Assembly (NCBI GenBank): GCA_028877275.1
Contig: JAPPFP010000023.1
Span: 7,622 to 71,621, forward strand
Reading direction: 5' to 3'
Origin: Acidobacteriota bacterium
Lineage (GTDB): Bacteria; Acidobacteriota; Thermoanaerobaculia; Multivoradales; Multivoraceae
Length of the DNA stretch: 64,000 nt
The translations under genes and the position numbers were made by a program. The notes beneath the pieces were generated by a model. It saw nothing but the letters and a program-made list of their open reading frames with translations. It did no database searches and was not told the DNA's origin. Of the stretch, positions 16,853-25,914 are shown piece by piece; the first letter of the stretch is position 1; each line of letters opens with the position of its first letter.

Positions 16853-17788
16853 GTGAACTCAATCGAAGCTCGCAGGCGTTCGGTTCGGTGCGCGGCGTTG
16901 CTGCTCGCGGCCGCGGTCTTTCCCGTTGGACTCGCCGCGGACGATTCCAACGCGGATGTCTGGGACCGGGTCGAACATCACACGGTGAAGAACGGCGCGG
17001 TCGGCATCCACTACGTCACTCTCGGCGAGGGCGAGCCGGTCCTCTTCATCCACGGCTTCCCCGACATCTGGTACAGCTACCGACACCAGATGGCGGCGCT
17101 CGAGGGGGACTTCCGGGCGGCGGCGATGGACCTCCGCGGTTACAACCGGAGCGGCCAGCCGAAGCAGGTCGAGGACTACGCCATGCCGCATCTGCTGGCG
17201 GATGTGGCGGCCGTGATCGAGGATCTCGGCGCGCCGATCAACCTGGTCGGCCACGACTGGGGCGGCGCCATCGCCTGGCGGTTCGCGATCGAGCATCCGG
17301 ACAAGGTCAAGCGGTTGATCATCATGAACCTCACCCACCCCCGCGGCTATGCGAACGTGATCGCGAACGCGACCGAGGAGCAGCGCCGCAACGTCCAGTA
17401 CGCCCGGAACTTCGCGTCGTCCGAGCCGGACGGCAGCCCGGTGCCGGAGGGCCTGCTCGGCCGTTACGAGAGTGAGGGCGAGAAGGTGGCCGGCCACTAC
17501 CGCGAGGCGTTCTCCCGCTCCTACTGGGACGGCATGCTGAACTACTACCGGGCCAACTACGGCGGCGTCGCGGCCGGCGGTGAGCTGCCGAACCTTCAGA
17601 TGCCCGTGCTCCAGTTCCACGGTCTGAAGGACACGGCTGTGGACAAGGACGGGCTCAAGAACACCTGGGACTGGATCGACCGCGACTACACCCTGGTCAC
17701 GGTGCCGACGGTCGGCCACTGGGTCCAGTTGGAAGCCGCGGACCTGGTATCGAACACGATGCGCGCCTGGCTGCTGGCCAGGCAGTGA
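16853..17788 (+). CDS. Alpha/beta hydrolase (epoxide hydrolase-like), probably secreted
   Basis: AGGAGG before the GTG at 16853; HGFP, GHDWGG nucleophile, YYRAN, GHWVQ. Confidence 0.85.
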   Translation: MNSIEARRRSVRCAALLLAAAVFPVGLAADDSNADVWDRVEHHTVKNGAVGIHYVTLGEGEPVLFIHGFPDIWYSYRHQMAALEGDFRAAAMDLRGYNRSGQPKQVEDYAMPHLLADVAAVIEDLGAPINLVGHDWGGAIAWRFAIEHPDKVKRLIIMNLTHPRGYANVIANATEEQRRNVQYARNFASSEPDGSPVPEGLLGRYESEGEKVAGHYREAFSRSYWDGMLNYYRANYGGVAAGGELPNLQMPVLQFHGLKDTAVDKDGLKNTWDWIDRDYTLVTVPTVGHWVQLEAADLVSNTMRAWLLARQ

Positions 17789-17810
17789 GGGCGCCACAGG
17801 AGATTGCCGC

Positions 17811-18683
17811 ATGTCGATGACACCGCAGACCAAGCGTTCCCTTCCGGTCTTCCTGGCCGGTGCCGCGGCGGCCGCCATGGTCCTGGCCTGCGCACCGGCC
17901 GAAGCGCCGGTGGGGGAGGAAGCGGCCGGCGAGCAGGCCGCCGCGGACAGCGAGCCGGGACGCGAGTACTACGAGATCCGTCGCTACCGCCTGGCCGACG
18001 AGGACAGCCGGCGGACCGTCCTCGCCTACCTGGAGAACGCCCTGGTGCCGGCGCTCAACCGGGCCGGGATCGACCGGGTGGGCGTGTTCGGAGTCGAACC
18101 GCCCGCAGAGGCGAACGAACCGGTCGAGCCGGTGGACGCGCTGTCCCTGTGGGCGATCATCGCCTTCCCGACGATCGAGGACTTCACGGCGATGAAGTCG
18201 ACGCTCGAGGCCGACGCCGAGTACCTCGAGGCCGCGGCGCCGATGTATGCGACTCCGAGGCAGGAGCCGATCTACGAGCGCCTGGAGAGCTGGTTCCTGC
18301 GGGCCTTCAAGGGGATGCCGGTGATGGAACTGCCGTCCCAGACCGCGGCTGGTGAGGACCGGATTTTCGAACTGCGCCTGTACGAGAGCCACAACGAGGA
18401 GACCGCCCGCCGCAAGGTCCACATGTTCGACAACGGTGAGATCGACATCATGCGGGATGTCGAGATGGCGCCCCTGCTGTTTGGCGAACTCCTGATCGGG
18501 GAGGATGTGCCGGCCTTGGTCTACATCCTGTCGGCGTCCGACATGGAGGCGCACCGCGAGCACTGGCAGGCTTTCGGCGGCCATCCCGAGTGGATCCGGA
18601 TGCGCGACATGGACTACTACAAGGGGACCGTCTCGCGAATCGAGAACGTGTTCCTGCGGCCGACCGCGTTCTCGCAGATCTAG
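17811..18683 (+). CDS. NIPSNAP family lipoprotein (two domains)
   Basis: Lipobox VLA-C; YYEIRRY and IFELRLYES; HWQAFGGHPEW. Confidence 0.8.
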   Translation: MSMTPQTKRSLPVFLAGAAAAAMVLACAPAEAPVGEEAAGEQAAADSEPGREYYEIRRYRLADEDSRRTVLAYLENALVPALNRAGIDRVGVFGVEPPAEANEPVEPVDALSLWAIIAFPTIEDFTAMKSTLEADAEYLEAAAPMYATPRQEPIYERLESWFLRAFKGMPVMELPSQTAAGEDRIFELRLYESHNEETARRKVHMFDNGEIDIMRDVEMAPLLFGELLIGEDVPALVYILSASDMEAHREHWQAFGGHPEWIRMRDMDYYKGTVSRIENVFLRPTAFSQI

Positions 18684-19259
18684 CTACTCGTCTGAGCCGG
18701 CTTCGGCGGCGCTGCCCGGCCAACGCACCCAGTAGCCGTCGGCCCAGACCAGGTCCTCGTTGAAGTCGGTGCCGCGGAACGCGCCGATCTCGTAGGTGGA
18801 CTGCGGCTGTTCGCTGTTCGAGCCGTCGCGCCCGCCGCTCCAGATGCCGATGACCTGGGTGCCGAGAAGCTGGTCCGATCCGGCGAAGCCGAACCGGTAC
18901 GGGTTGTTCCAGCCGTCTCGTTCGGGTACGTCCTGCAGGTAGAAGAACGTGTTCGACGGACGGAGCAGGGCGGAGAGGTCCGCGTGGGAGAAGTCGGGAT
19001 AGGTGAACTCGCTCCAGCTGAACGTGGCGGTCGTGCTCGAGCCGGCTGCCGCGGCGCTGACCTGGTCGGTCAGCCACTGCATCCAGGCTGAGCCAACGGC
19101 CTTCATGTCGGCCTGGGTGCGGGTCTGGTTCGCGTTCTGCAGCCCGGTCATCAGGTTCGGCACCAGCAAGGCGGAGATGATGCCGATGATCGCCACGACG
19201 ATCAGGAGTTCGATCAGGGTGAAGCCGGCTTGCCGGCTGTGGGAGCGCGCTCCGGTCAT
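18684..19259 (-). CDS. Prepilin-type N-methylation protein (GspG-like pseudopilin)
   Basis: G/FTLIELLIVVAIIGII cleavage motif; DGWNNPYRF. Confidence 0.85.
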   Translation of the reverse strand: MTGARSHSRQAGFTLIELLIVVAIIGIISALLVPNLMTGLQNANQTRTQADMKAVGSAWMQWLTDQVSAAAAGSSTTATFSWSEFTYPDFSHADLSALLRPSNTFFYLQDVPERDGWNNPYRFGFAGSDQLLGTQVIGIWSGGRDGSNSEQPQSTYEIGAFRGTDFNEDLVWADGYWVRWPGSAAEAGSDE

Positions 19260-19410
19260 CTTCGTGCTCCTTGGGTTGAAGTTCGGGTCTGGCCGCGGGG
19301 GAGTAAGGGGGCGCTTTCGCCGGCGGCTTACAGGATGATACGGGGCGGAGGGCCAGGGCGTCCAAGCGGTGGGTGGCGGCTAGGATACGCCCGTTCGGCA
19401 AACCGCTCGA

Positions 19411-20853
19411 GTGGGCTTGGTGGACTTCAGCCTCTACGACTTCGATCCTGCGATCTACGACGAGATGTTCGTCGCGGAGGGAGAGCCGCGCGAGCACTGC
19501 CGGGCAGTCGTCGAGGCGCTCAGGAAACTGCCCGACGACGACCTGAACACGATCCAGGATCGGGTGACGCGTTCGTTTTCCCAGGAGGGGATCACCTTCA
19601 CCGTCTACGGGGACGAGGAGGCGGAGGAGCGGATCATTCCGATCGACTGCGTGCCGCGCCTGCTCGCCCTGGCGGAGTGGCGGGAACTCGAAGCCGGCCT
19701 CGTGCAGCGGATCAGGACGCTGAACCTGTTCCTCGCCGACGTCTACGGCGACTGTCGCATCGTCAAGGACGGCGCGATTCCCGCCGACGTCATTCTCGGC
19801 TGCCCGCAGTACCGGCTGGCGATGCGTGGGGTCAGTGTGCCCAACGACGTCTGGGTGACGATCTGCGGCACGGACATCGTCCGCACGCACGAGGGCTTTC
19901 TGGTGCTGGAGGACAACCTGCGCGTGCCCTCGGGCGTGTCCTACATGATCGCCAATCGCAAGGCGGTGAAGGCCGGCCTGCGCCTGCTCTACCGGCGTTC
20001 CCGGGTTCAGGATGTCGAGCAGTACGGCAGCCTGTTGCGGCAGACGCTCTGCGAGCTGTCGCCCGGCGGCCGCCCGGATCCGTGCCTGGCTTTGCTCACT
20101 CCCGGCACCTACAACTCGGCGTTCTACGAGCACATGTTCCTGGCTCACGAGATCGGCGCCGAGCTCGTCGAAGGGCAGGACCTGCTGGTCAACGACGGGT
20201 TCGTCTACATGCGAACGACCTCCGGCCTCCGGCGCGTCGACGTGATCTACCGCCGCGTGGACGACGATTTTCTCGATCCGCTGGTCTTCCGCGAGGACTC
20301 CCTGCTGGGCGTTCCGGGCCTGATGAACGCGTTCAAGCGCGGCAACGTGGCCCTGGCCAACGCTCCCGGAACCGGAGTGGCCGACGACAAGAGCGTCTAC
20401 GCCTACGTGCCGGACATGGTGCGCTACTACCTGGGCGAGGAGCCCCTCCTCCAGAACGTCGAGACCCGCCTCTGCCGGCGGCCCGAGGATCTGGAGTACA
20501 CGCTGGACAATCTGGAACGCCTGGTGGTCAAGCGCGTAGGCGAGTCGGGCGGCTACGGCATGCTGGTCGGGCCGCACTCGACGCCGGAGGAGCGGGACGA
20601 GTACGCGAAGACGCTCCGTGCCGATCCCGCGGACTTCATTTCGCAGCCCACCCTGGCGCTGTCCCGGTCGCCCTGCCTGGTCGACGGCCACGCGGAGCCG
20701 CGTCATGTCGACCTGCGGCCCTTCGTGCTGACCGGGAACGAGACCCGCATCGTGCCCGGGGCGTTCTGCAGGGTCGCCCTGCGAAGGGGCAGCCTGGTCG
20801 TCAACTCGAGCCAGGGCGGAGGCGGCAAGGATCTCTGGGTGGTGGACCTCTGA
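19411..20853 (+). CDS. Circularly permuted type 2 ATP-grasp protein
   Basis: YDEMF, GITFTVY, LEDNLRVPSGVSY, VDVIYRRVDDDFLDPL, NAPGTGVADDK, VVNSSQGGGGKDLWV. Confidence 0.92.
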   Translation: MGLVDFSLYDFDPAIYDEMFVAEGEPREHCRAVVEALRKLPDDDLNTIQDRVTRSFSQEGITFTVYGDEEAEERIIPIDCVPRLLALAEWRELEAGLVQRIRTLNLFLADVYGDCRIVKDGAIPADVILGCPQYRLAMRGVSVPNDVWVTICGTDIVRTHEGFLVLEDNLRVPSGVSYMIANRKAVKAGLRLLYRRSRVQDVEQYGSLLRQTLCELSPGGRPDPCLALLTPGTYNSAFYEHMFLAHEIGAELVEGQDLLVNDGFVYMRTTSGLRRVDVIYRRVDDDFLDPLVFREDSLLGVPGLMNAFKRGNVALANAPGTGVADDKSVYAYVPDMVRYYLGEEPLLQNVETRLCRRPEDLEYTLDNLERLVVKRVGESGGYGMLVGPHSTPEERDEYAKTLRADPADFISQPTLALSRSPCLVDGHAEPRHVDLRPFVLTGNETRIVPGAFCRVALRRGSLVVNSSQGGGGKDLWVVDL

Positions 20854-21815
20854 TGCTCTCGCGCAGCGCTCAGGGGGTCTACTGGATGGCCCGTTACCTG
20901 GCCAGGGCCGGCTATCTGAGCCGCTTGCTGGAGTTGCAGGTGCAGTTCCTGGTCGACCGCTCGGTCGAGGAGATCCACTTCGGCTGGAAGCGGATCTACC
21001 AGTGCATGAGGCGGTTTCCGCCGCCGGGCGAGCAGTTCCTCCCGGAGGCGGACGAGTTCGCCCTGGCCGACGCCTTCACGTTGGCGGACGACCTGACCTT
21101 CGAGCGTTCGAACCCGGATTCGGTGTGGAGCGCCATCGCGAGCGGGCGCGAGAACGCTCGCCAGATGCGTCACTGCATCAGCGGCGAGATGTGGACGTGC
21201 CTGAACGCTGCCTGGCTGCGGATTCGGGATCTCGAGGCCGTCGATATCTGGAGGACGCCGGAGGTCTTCTACGCACGGACTCGCAGCGAGATCCATAACT
21301 TCGTCGGGGTCGCGGACGCGACGATGTACCGTGGCGCGGCCTGGCGGTTCATGCGACTCGGCCGGGCCATCGAGCGGGCGCAGCTCGCGGTGTCCCTGCT
21401 GCTGGCACAGATCGAGCTCAGCCGGCAGACGGAGCGGCGAACCCTTGGCTGGGCGAGCATGCTGCGCACTCACCACGCCCTGGAGGCCTACGGTCGCGTC
21501 CACGGGATCGAGATGAAGCCGGACCGGGTCCTCGACCTGCTGGTCGCCGATCCATCCCTGCCCGGCTCCGTGCTCGCCACCGTGCAGGCCGCGGCGGCGG
21601 AACTCGAAGGACTCGGCGGCGGACCTGGCGTCGACGCGGACGCCGCCGCCCGGCGGTTGGCAGGCCGGGCCGAGGCGCTCATCCTCTACGATTGGCCGGA
21701 AGCGTCGGAGCCCGAAGAACTGCTGGAACGGGTCAGCCAGTCCGCCCGCGATCTGCACGAGGCCGTGCTCGGCGCCTTCGTGGACTACGCGATCGAGGAT
21801 TCTCCGCTGCGGTGA
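20853..21815 (+). CDS. Alpha-E domain protein
   Basis: MLSR...YWMARYL start overlapping the upstream TGA; RENARQMR..IS.EMW..LN; FMRLGRAIERA. Confidence 0.88.
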   Translation: MLSRSAQGVYWMARYLARAGYLSRLLELQVQFLVDRSVEEIHFGWKRIYQCMRRFPPPGEQFLPEADEFALADAFTLADDLTFERSNPDSVWSAIASGRENARQMRHCISGEMWTCLNAAWLRIRDLEAVDIWRTPEVFYARTRSEIHNFVGVADATMYRGAAWRFMRLGRAIERAQLAVSLLLAQIELSRQTERRTLGWASMLRTHHALEAYGRVHGIEMKPDRVLDLLVADPSLPGSVLATVQAAAAELEGLGGGPGVDADAAARRLAGRAEALILYDWPEASEPEELLERVSQSARDLHEAVLGAFVDYAIEDSPLR

Positions 21816-22720
21816 CGTCTACCCGCCCGCTCCGTTACGACGTTGAGCACCGGACGAGATACGAGTACTCGGAGAGCGTCCGCGGCTGCGTTCTGCTGCT
21901 CTGCCTGCAGCCGGCCGGGACGTCGGGCCAGAGGGTGCGTCGCTTCGAGATCGAGACGGTCCCGGCCGCGTCTCTGAGTCCGGAGCGGGACTGCTTCGGC
22001 AACCGCCGCCACGTTCTCAATGTCCATCGGCGCCACGGGGAACTCGTGATCACGTCCCGGTTCCGGGCGGAACTCGCCGCGACCTCGAGCGTGGAAGCGG
22101 TCGGCGGCTGGGAGGAAGTGCGAAGCCTGCGCCACCTGCCGGAGTACTGGCACTTTGTGGAGCCCAGCGTGCTGGCTCGGCCGTCACCCGCGCTCGAGGA
22201 CTTCGTCCGCAGCGAGGGGTTCCGCCCGGAGGAAGATCCGATGGAGAGCCTGGTCCGCGTGTCCGACGGGATCCGCGAGCGCTTCGAGTACGAGCCGGGC
22301 AGCACCGCGGCCGATTCGCCCATCGAGCACCTGCTGGAGTCGGGCCGGGGCGTGTGTCAGGACTACGCTCACCTGATGATCGCGATCGCCCGTTCCTGGG
22401 GCATCCCCTCCCGCTACGTGTCCGGCTATCTCCACAACACGGGCCGGGCCGGCGAGCGGGTGACGGCGGGCGCCAGTCACGCGTGGGTAGAATGCTGGCT
22501 GCCGGGGGCCGGCTGGGTCGGCTTCGATCCAACAAACACGACCTTCAGCGATCAGCGGCACATTCGCGTGGCCGCTGGCCGGGACTATGCCGACGTCTCT
22601 CCCACGCGGGGGGTGTTTCAGGGTGCCGGGGATGCGCGAATCGCGGTGGATGTGATAGTGAATGCAGTTGATCAGACGCGACTTAGCGGAAGAAACGGCA
22701 ACGGGAGGCAGAGAGTATGA
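21812..22720 (+). CDS. Transglutaminase family protein with N-terminal bacterial transglutaminase domain
   Basis: GTGA overlap; H.T.Y.Y; triad motifs GVCQDYAH, SHAW, GFDPTN; GRDYADVSP. Confidence 0.9.
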   Translation: MTSTRPLRYDVEHRTRYEYSESVRGCVLLLCLQPAGTSGQRVRRFEIETVPAASLSPERDCFGNRRHVLNVHRRHGELVITSRFRAELAATSSVEAVGGWEEVRSLRHLPEYWHFVEPSVLARPSPALEDFVRSEGFRPEEDPMESLVRVSDGIRERFEYEPGSTAADSPIEHLLESGRGVCQDYAHLMIAIARSWGIPSRYVSGYLHNTGRAGERVTAGASHAWVECWLPGAGWVGFDPTNTTFSDQRHIRVAAGRDYADVSPTRGVFQGAGDARIAVDVIVNAVDQTRLSGRNGNGRQRV

Positions 22721-23052
22721 ACGTCCAGGTGGAGAATCACGACAAGGTTCTTGTAGCCAAAGTCGAGGGCCGGGTCGACAGCTCGAACTCCCAGGACTTT
22801 GAACGCCAGTTGCAGGGGGCGATCGGCGAGGATGTCCAGGCCGTGGTCATCGACCTGGGTCAGCTCGCCTACATCAGCAGCGCCGGCCTGAGGGTCGTGT
22901 TGCTGGTCGCCAAGACCCTCGGCCAGCGCAACGTGAGCATCTCTCTCTGCGCGCTGAGCGATCCCGTTCAGTCCGTGTTCGAGATCAGCGGCTTCAACCG
23001 CATCATCCAGATCTACGACTCGCAGGCCGACGCCCTGGCGGCCGCGGGGTAG
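22717..23052 (+). CDS. STAS domain anti-sigma factor antagonist (RsbV/SpoIIAA-like)
   Basis: GRVDS; YISSAGLRV with the phosphoacceptor Ser; ATGA overlap. Confidence 0.9.
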   Translation: MNVQVENHDKVLVAKVEGRVDSSNSQDFERQLQGAIGEDVQAVVIDLGQLAYISSAGLRVVLLVAKTLGQRNVSISLCALSDPVQSVFEISGFNRIIQIYDSQADALAAAG

Positions 23053-23084
23053 AGGGTTAGAGCGCGGAAGGGGTGGTCGTCTAG

Positions 23085-24257
23085 GTGGGCGATCGGGACA
23101 ATCCCGACTACAAGATCCTGGTTGTCGACGACGAGCCGGATCTGGAGCGGCTGGTTCGCCAGCGCATGCGGCGCCACATCCGCAGGGGCAAGTACGGCTT
23201 CGAGTTCGCCGGCAACGGCGTCGAGGCGCTGGAAGTCCTGACGGAGAAGAAGGACATCGACATCGTTCTCTCGGACATCAACATGCCGAGGATGGACGGT
23301 CTGACCCTGTTGCAGCAGATCCCGGAGGTGAACTCGGATCTCCGTTCGGTCATCGTCTCGGCGTACGGGGACATGGAGAACATCCGTACCGCCATGAACC
23401 GGGGCGCCTTCGACTTCGTCACCAAGCCGATCGATTTCACCGACCTCGAGGTGACGATCGAGCGGACGCTGCGCCACCTCGACGAGTGGCGCGCCGCGCT
23501 CGCATCGCGCGACAAGCTGGTGGCGATACAGAACGAGCTCGATGTGGCGACGAAGATCCAGCAGTCGATCCTGCCCGACACCTTCCCCCATGTAGACGGG
23601 TGTGAGGTCTACGGTTGCATGCACGCGGCACGTAACGTCGGAGGGGACTTCTTCGACGTGATCAACCTCGAGGCGGGACGGATCGGGCTTGCGGTAGCCG
23701 ACGTGTCGGACAAGGGCGTGCCGGCGGCCCTGTTCATGATGTCGAGCCGGACGCTGCTCAAGGGGGCGGCAGTCGGCGTCGAGGATCCCGGAGCGGTCCT
23801 CCGGGAAGTGAACGACCTCCTGAACGAGACGAACGAGGCGGCGATGTTCGTCACCGTGTTCTACGGTGTCTACGATCCCTCGACCAGGATGCTGACCTTC
23901 TCGAACGGTGGTCACAACCCTCCGCTGGTGGTTCACCCCGACGGCAGTTCGGAGGAACTCGAACTGACCGGCGGCCTCGCCCTCGGCGCGATTCCCGGCT
24001 TCGAGTACGGGCAGGCCAGCGTCCGGCTGAATCCGGGCGACCTTGTCGTCTTCTTTACGGACGGAGTGACCGAGGCGATCAACGTGTCGAACGAGGAGTT
24101 CGGTCTCGAGTCGCTTCAGGGTCTGTTTGGCGACGGGATGACACCGAGCGCCCGGGAAGCCGCCGAGATGATCCTGCAGGCGGTACAGGACTTCGCCGGC
24201 GAAGCGCCGCAGTTCGACGATCTGACCTGTATGACCCTGCGCGTCGCCGACGAGTGA
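23085..24257 (+). CDS. Response regulator with PP2C/SpoIIE phosphatase output
   Basis: REC motifs LVVDDE, SDINMPRMDG, FVTKP; PP2C motifs VGGDFFD, ADVSDKG, FTDGVTEA, DDLT. Confidence 0.92.
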   Translation: MGDRDNPDYKILVVDDEPDLERLVRQRMRRHIRRGKYGFEFAGNGVEALEVLTEKKDIDIVLSDINMPRMDGLTLLQQIPEVNSDLRSVIVSAYGDMENIRTAMNRGAFDFVTKPIDFTDLEVTIERTLRHLDEWRAALASRDKLVAIQNELDVATKIQQSILPDTFPHVDGCEVYGCMHAARNVGGDFFDVINLEAGRIGLAVADVSDKGVPAALFMMSSRTLLKGAAVGVEDPGAVLREVNDLLNETNEAAMFVTVFYGVYDPSTRMLTFSNGGHNPPLVVHPDGSSEELELTGGLALGAIPGFEYGQASVRLNPGDLVVFFTDGVTEAINVSNEEFGLESLQGLFGDGMTPSAREAAEMILQAVQDFAGEAPQFDDLTCMTLRVADE

Positions 24258-24673
24258 GCGCTACCCTCCAGCTCCGTATTCCGAACCGGATCGAGGAGCT
24301 TCCGGGTGTCTCGGAGGCTGTGGAGGCGCTCGGCCAGGAGGAGCGTTGGGCGCAGGACGTGACCTACGCCATCGTTCTCGGTCTGGAGGAAGTGGCGACG
24401 AACGTCGTGCGTCACGGCGGCGGCGAGCCCGGCAGCAGCGAGATCGAGATCGAGGTCACATCGAGCGACGACGAAGTACGGATCGAGGTTCGCGATGGCG
24501 GGAGGGCGTTCGATCCGTTCCACGAAGCGCCGGAGCCGGACCTCGACGCGGGGGTCCAGGAGCGGCAGATCGGCGGTCTGGGCGTCCACTTCGTGAAGGT
24601 GCTCATGGACGAGACGTCGTACAGCCGCGAGGGCGGCCGCAACCACGTGACCATGGTCAAGCGCCGGAGTTGA
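24254..24673 (+). CDS. Anti-sigma factor Ser/Thr kinase (RsbW-like)
   Basis: EEVATNVVRHG, RDGGRAFDP, GGLGVHFV; GTGA overlap. Confidence 0.9.
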   Translation: MSATLQLRIPNRIEELPGVSEAVEALGQEERWAQDVTYAIVLGLEEVATNVVRHGGGEPGSSEIEIEVTSSDDEVRIEVRDGGRAFDPFHEAPEPDLDAGVQERQIGGLGVHFVKVLMDETSYSREGGRNHVTMVKRRS

Positions 24674-24699
24674 ACCGCGGCGCGGGACTGCCGGGAGCG

Positions 24700-25914
24700 A
24701 TGCGCGCACGTGCTGCTCGAACAGCTCTGACCGCGTCAGCCTGGGCGGCGGCGGCGCTGCTCGCTACGACACCGTCGCAGGCTCAGCCGGAAGCGTCGCC
24801 CGTGGAGCCGGAAGGGACGCCGGGCGTTTCGGCCGAGCGCATCGTGTTCGGGCAGTCCGCCGCTTTCAGTGGTCCGGCTGCCGAACTGGGCAGGGGGATG
24901 CGGCTCGGCATCCAGGCGGCGTTCAAGGAGGCCAATGATGCCGGCGGCGTGCATGGCCGGCGGCTGGAGCTGGTCACGGTGGATGACCGCTACGAGCCGG
25001 AGGACGCGATCACGAACACGCGCCGCCTGATCGAGGAGGAGGGCGTGTTCGCGCTGGTAGGCGGCGTCGGCACGCCGACTTCCCGCTCCGCCGTACCGGT
25101 TGCCGAAGAGGCGGGTGTTCCGTACATCGCTCCGTTCACGGGCGCGGGCTTTCTCCGCAGCGAACCGCATGTGATCAACCTCCGCGCCTCGTACGCCCAG
25201 GAGACGGAGGAGATGGTGGAGCGACTGACCAGGGATCTCGGCATCGAGCGGATCGCGGTCGTCATCCAGAACGACTCCTTCGGGCGCGCCGGCCTGGCGG
25301 GCGTTCGCGCCGCGTTCGACAGGCGGGGCATGGAGGCGGTCGCGATCGGCGTGTATCCGCGCAACACGACCGCCGTCAAGACGGCCATCGTCGACATCGG
25401 GGTGGGGCGGCCCGAGGCCGTCATCATCGTGGGCGCCTACCAGCCGGTGGCCAGCCTGATCGCCTGGGCGCGGCATATCGGCCTGGATCCGGTGTTCATG
25501 ACCCTGTCCTTCGTGGGCAGCAACGCCCTCGCGGAAGAACTCGGTCCCCAAGGCGCCGGCGTCTACGTGACGCAGGTCGTACCGTTTCCGAGCGCTCGGA
25601 ACTCGAGAGTGGCCACCGCCTACCGGCGGGCGCTGCGCGCCCATACGCCCGGCGCCGAGCCCGGTTTCGTCTCGTTCGAGGGCTACCTTGCCGGACGTCT
25701 GGTGATCGAGGCGCTCGAGCGCTGCGGGACGATGGTCGATCGGGAACGCTTCATTCAGACTCTGCGCGACGCCGGTTCGATCGACCTGACCGGCTTCCGC
25801 CTCGTGTTCGGCGACGGGGACAACCAGGGTTCGGACGCCGTGTTCCTTACCGTGATCGACGAGAGTGGGCGGTATCGGCCCGCGACGCGTCTCGAAGGCG
25901 CGACAAGGCAATGA
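24700..25914 (+). CDS. Type I periplasmic binding protein (Leu/Ile/Val-binding family)
   Basis: Signal peptide; IVFGQSAAFSGP, GGVHGRRLELV..DD.YEP, NLRASY. Confidence 0.85.
   Translation: MRARAARTALTASAWAAAALLATTPSQAQPEASPVEPEGTPGVSAERIVFGQSAAFSGPAAELGRGMRLGIQAAFKEANDAGGVHGRRLELVTVDDRYEPEDAITNTRRLIEEEGVFALVGGVGTPTSRSAVPVAEEAGVPYIAPFTGAGFLRSEPHVINLRASYAQETEEMVERLTRDLGIERIAVVIQNDSFGRAGLAGVRAAFDRRGMEAVAIGVYPRNTTAVKTAIVDIGVGRPEAVIIVGAYQPVASLIAWARHIGLDPVFMTLSFVGSNALAEELGPQGAGVYVTQVVPFPSARNSRVATAYRRALRAHTPGAEPGFVSFEGYLAGRLVIEALERCGTMVDRERFIQTLRDAGSIDLTGFRLVFGDGDNQGSDAVFLTVIDESGRYRPATRLEGATRQ

Noticed and set aside
19262-19335. c-di-GMP riboswitch upstream of the pilin gene
   Set aside because: There is a GAAA-containing hairpin, but I could not find the second stem or conserved flanks of the GEMM motif.
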